From: Perkinsus chesapeaki ATCC PRA-425 | Taxonomy: Eukaryota > Protista > Perkinsozoa | DNA: 64,000 nucleotides | Assembly (NCBI GenBank): GCA_013115145.1 | Contig: JAAPAO010000088.1 | Coordinates: 1-64,000, forward strand | Direction: 5' to 3' | Shown here: positions 1-10,512 of the stretch, piece by piece | How positions within the stretch are numbered: position 1 is the first letter of the stretch | How the letters are laid out: every line of letters begins with the position of its first letter | Position numbers and translations under genes: made by a program | Notes under the pieces: generated by a model | Seen by the model: the letters and a program-made list of their open reading frames with translations, nothing else | The model's database searches: none | Told to the model about the DNA's origin: nothing

Positions 1-73
1 TAGTGGTGGTTTAGTATCGGCCACTTCAATATACCCTGGGAGGTGGTAGTGGTGGTTTAGTATCGGCCACTTC
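1..73. repeat. 27-bp direct repeat, 2 copies (TAGTGGTGGTTTAGTATCGGCCACTTC at 1-27 and 47-73)
   Basis: Identical 27-mers separated by 19 bp; may continue beyond the window start. Confidence 0.85.
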
Positions 74-324
74 TCAACTCGATAAGGATGGCGAGCAATC
101 CGAGTGGTATTGTTAGTAACATTTTTGGCAATAACAGAGAGTCATCTAGCCAATGAGACATTGACCATGTCACATGGCTAAGTCATGTAAAGTTGTAAGT
201 AAATATATGAAACAATCCATATCCCGTTTTTCGATGCCATACGAGATCATCTGAGTCACGCTTGGTGCTCCTCGGGCTGATCGTCGGTAACCTCACCCTG
301 CACTTAGTTTGTTTTCTTTCCTTC

Positions 325-1578
325 ATGGATACGGCACGTTCTGAGACGGCTTTGCAATACGGCAACCAAAGTCGCTTCATCGGCCGCAACTCAGAGGGCT
401 TTTGGGAATGTAGTTTGTGTGGCGTAAGGCATGTTTCAATGTCGGATAATTGTGTGGATCTCCACAGGTAAGTGTCTGCTATGAGGGAATGTTGGAAGAT
501 CATCTGGCTGGGAAGCTGCATTTGAGGAACCTCCGGAACTCTCAGTGGGAGAAATCAGTGGTCGACGTACCTCTTGGCTCAGGTGGGACGTGTCTCGGCG
601 CGATCGTCGTTGCATTTTGTCACCCTCCCTCAGCCCCAGTCAGTACTGCTAGTAATGTGTCAACCCCCACGGTTGCTACAACGCATCCATCCATTACGCT
701 CCCCACGGCACAAATGTTGTCATGGCGAAACGATCCACAATATAGTGGTTATCGTGAACTTACAGAGCAGTGCTGTCGGCAATTCTATCCTGGTAAGGAG
801 AGGGATCAGTTACGAGGTTGGCAGACGTGAAAACAGCCTGCGTAATCTTGACTAGACGCCAGCCTCGAATGTATGGACGTAGTCGCCTGTATGTATTTAT
901 CAAGGAGTGTGAATGCTACAGAAATTCCGAGGAAATTCCGACATATTTTGTCACTACCGGTGCAAGCGCCATAGAACCGTTTTCCAAACGGGTGACCAAT
1001 GGTGACACCTGTATGGGAAAGTTAATCGCCGCAGTGTTGAAAGTTTAAACAGTGCGGCGATCAACTCGAAACCGTACACCTATTCTTACGGTGCCAGATG
1101 GTGAGACATTATGCACCTTTGGCGTCATCCCGGTGATCGGAGAACGCCCCTCTACCGTGTGGGGGGAATCACCAGCCATGGATGATGCGTGGGACAGCGT
1201 AAGAGCGGTTTCGACAGTCTTAGTTACCATGTCTTCATATAGGCGTGTAAGTTGTGCGACGCGCAGCTTGGTGATTGGTTTCAATGGGCTCAGCATATGC
1301 AAGGTCGAAAGCACAGGGAGAACGTGAAGGCGGCAAGATGGTCGTGTGCCCAATTCTGGCAGAGGCTCGTTGCCGGCAAAGTAGGGGAAGCTGCAAGTTG
1401 ATCGTCCTCATAGTTTCAGTTTCCATATTACTACGAACATCTTACCGGCACATGGTGTCTCGAGCCTCCCACGGATCCGTTTCCCGATAACGACGTCTAT
1501 ATCGATGCTCTAAAGCAGAACTCCAAGTCCCACGGAACGAGCAAATGTAACGCTCGAGTCTTCGGACTCCTTCTGTGA
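325..1578 (+). CDS. Multi-exon protein with two U1/matrin-type C2H2 zinc fingers (paralog 1)
   Basis: Splicing out a 45-nt GT-AG intron (~423-467) joins WECSLCG to VSVCYEGMLEDHLAGKLH. Second finger CKLCDAQLGDWFQWAQHMQGRKH at ~1247-1320. Exons are colinear with the paralog at 2813-3899. Confidence 0.75.
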
Positions 1579-1866
1579 TCGATCCATGATATATCGACCT
1601 TTCGTTATTTGGCAGCGTGGAAATTGTTCTTCCAGGTTCGGAGGAGTCGACGGAGTCTCTGGGTCCTAGTCGTGCCGGTGCGTGGGAGTAACGTTTCCTT
1701 GTCGTTGAATTCAACTAACTTTTTACCAAAATCTGTACCGGGTGGTGGTGCACCAGTGGTTGGTGTGTGTGGCCTGTGATTTTCCTGCTTGAAGTCGTGT
1801 CGAGTTCTACACCGCAACCAGCTATTCCCATCTTCGATTTATCCTCTCAGGCAGAACTTTTCTCTT

Positions 1867-2679
1867 ATGGTGTATTCTTCCGATGTGAAGCCATTGCCTG
1901 GTAAGGATTCGCTTCAACTACGCTGGATTTTACCCGAGAGCTCGGTTGAACTTGAGTACGATTCTGATGGTGACCTCGTTCGCCGCCAACGGACGGTCGA
2001 CTACACTCTTCAATGCGGGTCTACTTGTACAGACTTGACCAGTGTTGGGGGTCAGCTGTGGAGTGGCGCTCTTTTCTTGGGCTGTTTCCTTGCCTCGATT
2101 CCCAGCATAATACGTGGGAAGACGGTACTGGAGCTGGCGAGTGGCGTTGGTGCACTCGGCGGCCTCTATCACGCTTTGAGCGCGAAGAAGGCAACTCTTA
2201 CTGACTGCTGTGATGCAGCGCTGTCTCTGTGTACAGCCAACAACTCGAAGTATTCAGAGATCACCGTCAAGCGGCTCGACTTCAAAGAGGCCAACACTTT
2301 CACAGAAACGTTTGGTGAAAAGGAAGAAGTTGATTTGATATTGGCATCGGATGTCTGGTATGACTTTGACATAAATGTCGCCCTAGGTGGTGCCCTCGAG
2401 GTTCTGATGGTGAGGTTTCCAAAAGCTAGAGTCATCCTGTGCTGTGAGGAAAGGCTTAATATCGTCCATCCAGCCGTTCCTCCGATAGATGTATTTGCAC
2501 AGCATTTCATGGATGAGTATACAACTGGTAAAGATGCTCGCTTCCGTATCCGGGAACTAGCGGCGCCAGCGGGCTCGTTGAAGAGATTAGCATTGGAGCA
2601 ACAGCATGCAAGAAGAGTCTTCGATCATTGCAAACTATATGAGCTATCTTTGTGTCGGAACGAATGCAAAGTTACGTGA
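1867..2679 (+). CDS. Class I SAM-dependent protein-lysine methyltransferase, family 16 (METTL22-like); single exon
   Basis: DSDGDL motif, VGGQLWSGALFL, KTVLELASGVG (motif I), LTD (post-I), DLILASDVWYD (motif II) in one uninterrupted ORF. Confidence 0.85.
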   Translation: MVYSSDVKPLPGKDSLQLRWILPESSVELEYDSDGDLVRRQRTVDYTLQCGSTCTDLTSVGGQLWSGALFLGCFLASIPSIIRGKTVLELASGVGALGGLYHALSAKKATLTDCCDAALSLCTANNSKYSEITVKRLDFKEANTFTETFGEKEEVDLILASDVWYDFDINVALGGALEVLMVRFPKARVILCCEERLNIVHPAVPPIDVFAQHFMDEYTTGKDARFRIRELAAPAGSLKRLALEQQHARRVFDHCKLYELSLCRNECKVT

Positions 2680-2812
2680 GAAAGGATAAGTTTGCGTTTT
2701 CGTGTTGGGCAACCAGTGCCCTTCTGCAGTATGAGACACGAGGACTTTTGAGTGGAACTAAGTCGGTTAAGGACGACTCGCGCATCCTTTACTTTTGTTA
2801 GTATCATTTGTG

Positions 2813-3899
2813 ATGGATTCTCCAGGGGATGACCGCGGCTTCTTCGCCGGGCGAGACGAGGACGGCTCCTGGCGCTGCACTCTCTGTGATGTGAGACCCC
2901 TATGCTCAGTAGTCGGTGACTCGGTGTCCGTGTGTAGGTCTCGGTGTGCCACGAGGGGATATTTCTATCGCACATGCAGGGCGAAAAACATGCTAAACGG
3001 CTCAGAAGTCTTCAATGGGAAGAACAAGAAAGGCGAAAAGGTGTGTTGGCCGTCAGCCTATCTGTCATGGTCAGGAGGAGGAGGGTGCAGCTAGTCGAAA
3101 GCCCGCAGTTACCATAATTAATGGAATAATGCGCGGAAAGAGGCAAATGATATTTGCGATTGACCGTCTGAGTGTTCAACCTTCAGTTTTTTCTCGGGAG
3201 TTGTTGTGAATCGCGTCCTTCAGTCGCCACATCCACATCCTGTGCTCCGGAGACCGAAGTTGAGGCTTGCGAGCCTCTATGGCGAAAAGACGCGCAGTAT
3301 ACAGGGTTCAGAGACATGTCCGAGCAGTGCGCTCGGCAGTTCTTTCCAGGTCAGAAGGGGGTAACAGCAGTGCTTCATGATGAGTATCAGAAACTTCTTA
3401 TCAGCTGATCGATTGCTTTCAGATGGACGATCGATGGCCTTCTGTGGGATTATTGCCCCGTTTGAAGAGAGGCCACCAAATACGTGGGGAGAAGTGCCAG
3501 CTGTCGACGATGGCTGGGATGTTGTAAGATCGTTTATCACTCTTCACCGTGTTAATATCATCTACGGTTGCAATTCCAGACTTGCCGCTTATGCGACGCT
3601 CAGCTGGGTGATTGGTACCAATGGTCACTGCACATGCAAGCCAAGAAGCACCGAGCGAATGTCAAGTCCTGCAGGTGGTCCTATGCTACCTTCTGGCAGA
3701 AGTTAACCGCTGGAGGGGTAGGAGGTCAGAGGTCTCTTCAACCAACCCTTGAGCTATTCTCATGCAGTTCCCTTACTACTACGAGCATCTCACCGGTATG
3801 TGGACGTTGGAGCCCCCATCCGCTGTCTTCAATGGTGACGTATTCATCGAACCATTTGTCAGGAATGCCTTCTGCAACCCGGATTCTGACTTTGGTTAG
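2813..3899 (+). CDS. Multi-exon protein with two U1/matrin-type C2H2 zinc fingers (paralog 2)
   Basis: WRCTLCD|VSVCHEGIFLSHMQGEKH and CRLCDAQLGDWYQWSLHMQAKKH. Shares WRxDxQYxGxR, WGExPAxDDxWD and FPYYYEHLTG blocks and the first intron position with paralog 1. Confidence 0.75.
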
Positions 3900-4346
3900 T
3901 CTTCGGCAAAGTGCTAGCTCAGAAAATCTTTTTAGAGAGATCCCACGAGATGACTCCTCTCGAACCTGGAAGAGATGGCACGTGGAAATGACGGAGTTCT
4001 CCATTTGCACGCTTCGCTGATGCACCTTGTTAACTCGACAACATTGGGAATTGATAGGAGAGTTTCGAAAGACCCCCTTGAGTGGTGTTGTATAGTCAAA
4101 CTGATAGCGCGATGAAGATGGCATGATGCTGATGGCCGGATGAAGAGTCTAAATGAACATGGGATCATCCCATTGGGATGTTCATATAGAGAACCCAATG
4201 CTTAATGGAAAGAAGAACAAGTCTTGAGCAAGTTTAACTGAATGATACTATGACTACACCGGTTGACTCGGTGTATCCACTATTGTACCGTACAATGGTT
4301 GGGTGTTATTCCTGTTCAAGTTGGATATGAAGATTCAGTATGATGG

Positions 4347-5207
4347 TTAAGTGGTATAACACATTAACTCAAAAAACACCATCAAGAGACAGATAATGTT
4401 TGAAATTGAGACAACAAAATTGCGGCTGGTATGACCGTGAATCGTGAAACTAGCTACCACACCAACTGAGAGAATGAAGGATTGACCACGTGGTAGGTGA
4501 CGAAGGCATGAGTAGGCCGCCTCGGAGATATGGACAAGAGGCACCCTTGAGGCCAAAGAGAACTCCGCATTACCCACGAAAGGCTCGGTACTCTGTTGTA
4601 AGTGAACGAGCATCGGACCGTTACCTATGGTTATATGAACTTGAGAAACCTCAACTCCCAACCACCAAGGGTTATTATCAACAGCGAGCGTCAGCGATAT
4701 GTTGGCATACTTGCTCGATCCTGACGGCAGGTGCAGAAAATCATCTGGAGGATCATCTAGCCATATTGGGGGAAGGCCGAGATCGAGGCTTCTCAATTCA
4801 ACCTTCCACCTACTAACAGATAGTTTTACGATACAAGGCATCATTATTATGAGCAATATATTGAGCACTATGTATATGCTCATGCCATAGAGAGTGATCG
4901 AGAAAAGCCAGGGAAGGGATTTGTATGAGACATCTGCCGTCACTCGGTTAGTCTCGTCCAGCACAGAAAAGCGCATCCTACGAGGCAGACGAGGAACTTG
5001 TCCAATGTCCATCGGCGGCATAGTCATTCTGAAAAAGAATACCTCCGCACAAGGCTGGACATGATATATGCGGAGACGTGAAACCTTCGCGGGGGAATCC
5101 CACGCGCGTTGTGACGCGCACGTGTTCCTCTTGGCGGATGGATGGTTGCGCGGTATTGTTCGTTTGGTGTCAGCATAATGAACTGAGTTCATTTGGCACC
5201 CATACAA
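4347..5207 (-). CDS. Intronless type-II membrane protein, family copy 1 (possible LEA_2/WHy-like luminal domain); 3' end altered by a deletion
   Basis: 286-aa ORF with one hydrophobic segment (LFSITLYGMSIYIVLNILLIIMM) followed by YANISLTLAVDNNPWW. Near-identical to 8332-9168 over ~500 nt. The domain call is inference. Confidence 0.7.
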   Translation of the reverse strand: MYGCQMNSVHYADTKRTIPRNHPSAKRNTCASQRAWDSPAKVSRLRIYHVQPCAEVFFFRMTMPPMDIGQVPRLPRRMRFSVLDETNRVTADVSYKSLPWLFSITLYGMSIYIVLNILLIIMMPCIVKLSVSRWKVELRSLDLGLPPIWLDDPPDDFLHLPSGSSKYANISLTLAVDNNPWWLGVEVSQVHITIGNGPMLVHLQQSTEPFVGNAEFSLASRVPLVHISEAAYSCLRHLPRGQSFILSVGVVASFTIHGHTSRNFVVSISNIICLLMVFFELMCYTT

Positions 5208-6710
5208 TAAATCATGGATAATACATCGGCATTGAAGACGTTGGGATTATTTGCGTAGTTAACTGTCTCATCTTATGGTAGTTTGAGGAGGGATTTTATG
5301 CACAGCGTTCACTTCAGGAACAGCCCCAATAGCATCTAACTTAGATGATCTAAGTAGCATCTAAGTGCATATAATATAGGCAAAAGTGCGAGCATATCTC
5401 AATTGTAAAGTCTGGAATCCAAAAGCCCGCCGATTACACGAATCCTTTCTCTGATTATGATAAACTTGACGTTGGTACACAGTTGTTCGACCACACGAAT
5501 TCTATAGCTTTCCAGTCCTCTTCGTGAGCCTCCGTCATGAGCAGCCTACTTTAGGGATTCCCGTGGCCCACACCCATTGTGCACCCCAGTACCGGTGCTC
5601 AATGAGCTGCTCGGCTCGGCTGGCTCGCGATACATTTCCCAGACAAAGGTTGCATGCGCCCAGGCGGCGACCATGCACATTTCCCCTTTTTCATGCGTAA
5701 TAGTCACAAGTGGGGTATCAGCTGGATTCAGCCCACTCGATGAACCGCGTGGGCCTCTTACCCTTAGCATCATTGGAGGTAACTTGTCGGGTTACATCTT
5801 GCTTGTCCGCTTTTTAACACAATATTCCAGAGATCCCCGAATGATAGTCGATTGGGAAGGTGCTCGGAACTGATCTGAGCTATAATAGATATCAGCACTC
5901 CGTTAGCTAGCACGGTCAATCCTCCAAGTTAATCCCGTGTTTTCCAAGAGGATGAGAACCTTGGCTACAGGTTGACCCTTCGCTGAGGGTGTGAAAATCG
6001 GCTGTGAACTACATCATAATCACCACGGAAATTCTCACCGACAATCTGGTTCTTCCGGGTTGGCAGAACTACCCAGCGCCTAGCGTACGCCGTACGCCCC
6101 AGCGCCCTTGGTGATAAATTCTTCACGACCTATCGAAAGTGGTACTATGATCCGCCTTTCCGTGCGGATTTTGAATCCAATGCCGCGACTCGGCAAAGTT
6201 AGGGGGAATTCGAAAAAGTCTCGTGCTATGTTCCCACTTCGCGCCCAGGGGATATATACCGATGTAGGTATATATGCTTATATAGTCTCCAGTGCGGTGA
6301 CAACACAAACCACGCCAATGCTAGAAAAGGGAACAAACCCGGAAGAGTCTTTTCGGCGAACTCAATGCGTGAAGGCCTACATGAAGCGGCTCCACTGAAG
6401 TCATCAGAGGAATACTTAATAATTGCTGATCGCCCAAGCTATTTCCAAATGGCTTCCTCTGGGGTATTAGTGCGCTAAGCGATTCGGTGTGGAATAGTTA
6501 ACAGGAAGTATTACATTCTTTAGCAAGACCAGCGGGGCAGCAGAACCGCACAATCTGGAAAGCTTGATAATAACAAAGAGCTCGGATAACAAACTCCATG
6601 GAGGCCAGAAGAATCTTAGGGGAAAGATCGTAAATTAACAAAGAAATTTGCAACAAAGCGTTCTGCCTCCAGGCTTGGCAAGTTGGTTAGTAGGCTAGCT
6701 CGGTAACTAC

Positions 6711-7547
6711 TCAAAGAGCGGGAAGTGGAAGCGCGGTCTCAAACAAGGGAAACTTGTTTACCGCTGCTATTTTGCCAAGGGCTTGTGGTACATGCTGCTT
6801 CATATGACGCAAACACCCTTTTCCGAATGTTTTGCCCAGGTTGGGAGCAATCACGTCACGCCCCTGTGAACGGTCACGTACCGATGTCAATAGTCTGTAA
6901 CGTCCACTATTATAGCCGAGGACATAGACATGGGCACCGAGCTGCAAGTTCAGAACGACACTGTGACTGAAGCTCCTTGCATAGGCTAGACACACACATG
7001 CAGCTTCGTTCAAACCGGCCCATGGAACAGACCAATGAAACTGATATGTCCCATTGTTGTACAGTGGCATGCTGTGTGGATACATGAAGAATTTTCCCAG
7101 TCGCCCAATACTTATTTCAGTCGTGAATACATTTACCATCAGCCACCAAGGGTTGTTGGCAATTGCCAATGAAAAGGAGATATTGGCATAGCGATCTGTT
7201 CCTGGTGGAAGATGCCGGAAATCGATTAGTGGGTTATTTTTCCATATCGGAGGGAAACTTATATCAAAGTTGATAACTTCGACTTCCCACCTCGAAGCAC
7301 AAGCTTCTATTATGTGTGGCATAGAACATATTAGCAAGATACTTAATAGAATGTATATTCCAATAATAACCATGATAATAGACATACAAAGGCGGAAGGC
7401 ATTAGGTTTCTCACAGGGTTGCGGTCGAGGTTCTCGATAAGGGAACGAACGCTTCGACAAGTTACCGTACCGTTGAGTTCTTAAAGTATGACCTAGGTAA
7501 AAGTGATTGGCAGAACTCCAGGAACAGCACTTGGTTGATGTTGGCAT
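6711..7547 (-). CDS. Intronless type-II membrane protein, family copy 2
   Basis: 278-aa ORF with a TM segment, then SRWEVEV..PPIW..YANISFSLAIANNPWW, homologous to copies 1, 3 and 4. Confidence 0.7.
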   Translation of the reverse strand: MPTSTKCCSWSSANHFYLGHTLRTQRYGNLSKRSFPYREPRPQPCEKPNAFRLCMSIIMVIIGIYILLSILLICSMPHIIEACASRWEVEVINFDISFPPIWKNNPLIDFRHLPPGTDRYANISFSLAIANNPWWLMVNVFTTEISIGRLGKFFMYPHSMPLYNNGTYQFHWSVPWAGLNEAACVCLAYARSFSHSVVLNLQLGAHVYVLGYNSGRYRLLTSVRDRSQGRDVIAPNLGKTFGKGCLRHMKQHVPQALGKIAAVNKFPLFETALPLPAL

Positions 7548-7619
7548 GCAGGAGACCCAACTAAATTGTTTCGATTCAGCCCTGAGAACTCCTATGTGGA
7601 CAAATCAACGACAGTCCAG

Positions 7620-7920
7620 GCGGTTTGTTCAGGTCACGTCGCGTTCCGTGACCGCCGTTTTGTCTACCTGGTTGAAACCCTATGGCGCTGCTAGGTTCGA
7701 CTCCGCGGGGTGAGAGGCGATGAATACGAGCCTCAGATAACCTCTAATGCGACTTCGGTTATTCTAGCTTGACGGAAGATCATAATATTGCTACTTCCCA
7801 TTGTAGTCTCTGAGTTTTCAATTCTTCACAGTATGTGGTGGCTGCATTTTGGTCTGCGGAATCGTGCACGTAGTGCACCATGCCGTGTACAGTGTTCAAT
7901 CGCTATTACTTTATAATATT
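7620..7920. repeat. ~300-bp non-coding duplicated segment, copy 1 (other copy ~9250-9565); contains B-box GGTTCGACTCC
   Basis: Long shared blocks, e.g. GCGGGGTGAGAGGCGATGAATACGAGCCTCAGATAACCTCTA. Substitutions in the best minus-strand frame are mostly nonsynonymous. Confidence 0.85.
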
Positions 7921-8063
7921 ACTAATTCTCATGCAAGTGAGAATCTAACTGAGATATGAAGATTCAGTATGATGGGTAAGTGGTATAACACATGAACTCA
8001 AAAAACACAATTATGAGATAGACAATGTTTGGAATTGAGGAATGATAGAATGACATAGTGAAT

Positions 8064-8303
8064 GGTCAAGCACTAGCAATCGACAACCAGCTTCCCCGTA
8101 GCGAAGGTCGCTCACGGTCAAGCACTAGCAATCGACAACCAGCTTCCCCGTAGCGAAGGTCGCTCACGGTCAAGCACTAGCAATCGACAACCAGCTTTCC
8201 CGTAGCGAAGGTCGCTCACGGTCAAGCACTAGCAATCGACATCCAGCTTTCCCGTAGCGAAGGTCGCTCACGGTCAAGCTCTAGCCGACGCAGCTTTCCC
8301 GTA
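8064..8303. repeat. 52-bp tandem repeat, 4 full copies plus 1 degenerate
   Basis: Unit GGTCAAGCACTAGCAATCGACAACCAGCTTCCCCGTAGCGAAGGTCGCTCAC starts at 8064, 8116, 8168, 8220 and 8272. Confidence 0.95.
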
Positions 8304-8314
8304 CGAATGTTACT

Positions 8315-8347
8315 GTCTACCTACGTATAACTTATACGTAGGTAGAC
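8315..8347. repeat. Perfect 16-bp inverted repeat with 1-nt spacer
   Basis: GTCTACCTACGTATAA-C-TTATACGTAGGTAGAC; overlaps the stop codon of ORF 8332-9168. Confidence 0.95.
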
Positions 8348-9168
8348 TTATACGGTATAAGGAGTCCGATAGGCTTCGGTCCCGCCTCCTTTATAGTTAT
8401 CTTTTGGAGACCACCGTCTGATGCTTCCACATCGAATTTGGCACTGATCTCTATGCAAAACCGAAGAAACCCTTCAATCTTAGAGTTCCCGCGCACACCA
8501 CCTTCCTTGGTACCATGGTAAAGAGTGTTTACCCAGACAACGAAATTGCGGCTGGTATGACCGTAGATTGTGAAACTAGCTTCCATGCCAACTGACAGAA
8601 TGAACGACTGATCATGCGGTAGGTGTCGAAGGCATGAGTAGGCCGCCTCGGAGATATGGACAAGAGGCACCCTTGAGGCCAAAGAGAACTCCGCATTACC
8701 CACGAAAGGCTCGCTATTCTGATGTAAGTAAACCAGCATCGGACCATTACCGATCATTATTTGAGCTTCGGAGACTTCAACTTTCAACCACGAAGGGTTA
8801 TTATCAACAGCAAGCGTCAGCGATATGTTGGCATACTTGCTCGATCCTGACGGCAGGTGCAGAAAATCACCTGGAGGATCATCTAGCCATATTGGGGGAG
8901 GGCCGAGATCGAGGCTTCTCAATTCAACCTTCCACCTACTAACAGATAGTTTTACGATACAAGGCATCATTATTATGAGCAATATATTGAACACTATGTA
9001 TATGCTCATGCCATAGAGAGTGATCGAGAAAAGCCAGGGGATGCATTTGAGAGATAGCTGTTTGGTCTTGTCGAGCGCAGAAAAGCGCACCCACCAGGGG
9101 AGACGAGAAACCTGTCCATAGTAGAGATTCGCAGAGCTATAGATATTGTACTCTGCTTTTATTGGCAT
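8332..9168 (-). CDS. Intronless type-II membrane protein, family copy 3
   Basis: 278-aa ORF; core near-identical to copy 1, with a different and longer C-terminus. Confidence 0.75.
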   Translation of the reverse strand: MPIKAEYNIYSSANLYYGQVSRLPWWVRFSALDKTKQLSLKCIPWLFSITLYGMSIYIVFNILLIIMMPCIVKLSVSRWKVELRSLDLGPPPIWLDDPPGDFLHLPSGSSKYANISLTLAVDNNPSWLKVEVSEAQIMIGNGPMLVYLHQNSEPFVGNAEFSLASRVPLVHISEAAYSCLRHLPHDQSFILSVGMEASFTIYGHTSRNFVVWVNTLYHGTKEGGVRGNSKIEGFLRFCIEISAKFDVEASDGGLQKITIKEAGPKPIGLLIPYKSTYV

Positions 9169-9249
9169 GTATAAAAATCTACTGATTTACAATAACTGAA
9201 TCATGAGTAAATAAACGAAACGTGTCATAGCAGACCTCTCCGAATTCAG

Positions 9250-9565
9250 GCTGTTAGTTCAAGTCACGTCACGCTCCATGACCGCCGGTTATGTCTATTT
9301 GGTTGTCACCCTGTGGCGCTACTAGTTCGGAGCCCGAACTTCAGACTGCGCGGGGTGAGAGGCGATGAATACGAGCCTCAGATAACCTCTACTCCGACTC
9401 CGGTTATCCTAGCTTGACGGAAGATCATTATATTGCTACTTCCCATTGTAGTCTCTGAGTTTCCAATTCTCCACAGTATGTGGTGGCTGCAATTTGGTCT
9501 GCGGGATTGTGCACGTACTGCAGCCTGCCGTGTACAGTATTCAATCGCCATTACTTTATAATATC
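9250..9565. repeat. ~300-bp non-coding duplicated segment, copy 2
   Basis: Homologous to 7620-7920; the B-box is replaced by a small hairpin AGTTCGG-AGC-CCGAACT. Confidence 0.85.
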
Positions 9566-9648
9566 ATAAATGTTACTCGGGTCTCGTTCTATTTACTATT
9601 GAACACAGCAATGCTATCCATGGGAGAATTAAGATGCAATAAGTGTGC

Positions 9649-10512
9649 TTATGAATGAGCGTAACGTGCCTTCTTTGATGCGTCGTCCCTATAGACCCCA
9701 AGCACCCAACTCTTGTATGACTTATCATCCTCTATCGTGACCTTCCCAATTTTATGAACTTCTGAGGGAGCCTCATCGCGATTACATGTTCGCAGTATTG
9801 CTTTATTACGTCGACTGAGGGAGTTAGGGAAATCATAGTGGCTCTTCACTGGAGTGAAGACGTGTGTTGTTAGGCTTAGAGGCTTGCTCGGGTGACCAAA
9901 TATTGATATGCTTGCCGTGAGATCGATACGGATAACCGTAGCATTACGACTATTCGGCATGGTGGCAAGACACACTGTCCAAAACTCTCCTAGCGCGCTC
10001 CAAGGGACACGTTCATTGACCGTTAGTGCACCATTATTGCCCAAGACTGCACCGTTCGTGTAGACAGTAGAAGTCCCCGTTGACCCGATTCCAACTGCGA
10101 TGGAGTCAGTTTTCATCTTCAACCACCAAGGATTTCCCTACACTGATAATGAAATTGAGAAGTTGGCATATTTACTCGCTCCTTCTGTAATATGTCGAAA
10201 GTCGTAGGCATCGCTATGCAGCCATTCTGGTGGGACTTTAAGACTTATGTGCGTCAGTTTAACCTCCCATCCGCTCACGGACACCTGAACGATATAAGGC
10301 TTCAATACCATGATCACCATGTTGAATAAGATGAATAGACCGATACTGTATATGGTGAGAAACATACAACCAGCGAAAAGCTGCCGTGTACGGTGCTCTT
10401 CTCTAGGGTCTTCAGCATTTGATAGTAACCCATGTCTTTGCACGCATGTTGGACACTCTTCGGCGGGAGTTACTCCAGAGCTGCGCGAGTAGGTAAGAGT
10501 CGACCGGCGCAT
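9649..10512 (-). pseudogene. Type-II membrane protein family copy 4 with a single in-frame TAG (10138-10140)
   Basis: ORFs 10138-10590 and 9649-10122 are in the same frame. YANFSISLSV*GNPWWLK aligns to YANISLTLAVDNNPWWL of the paralogs. Confidence 0.7.

Noticed and set aside
1-73. 27-bp repeat with a 19-bp spacer as a CRISPR remnant
   Set aside because: Only two copies, a short spacer, no cas genes, and a clearly eukaryotic spliced context.
573-582. Relic Perkinsus/dinoflagellate spliced leader (CTTGGCTCAG here; AGCCATCTT near 24867)
   Set aside because: Matches are only 9-10 nt and are not positioned upstream of start codons; no convincing SL relic or SL RNA gene was seen.
4490-4816. Conserved plus-strand ORF pair (4490-4816 and 8634-8942)
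   Set aside because: Similarity is fully explained by being antisense to the recently duplicated membrane-protein CDS.
5400-6420. Additional gene or fifth membrane-protein copy between copies 1 and 2
   Set aside because: Short open frames exist, but none carries the family motifs and I could not build a consistent spliced model.
8064-8303. 52-bp array as a CRISPR array
   Set aside because: Units are contiguous and near-identical, with no unique spacers.
10138-10140. Evidence for genome-wide stop-codon reassignment
   Set aside because: Only one such case; TAG terminates other genes normally (e.g. 3897-3899), and the well-recognised genes translate with the standard code once introns are removed.
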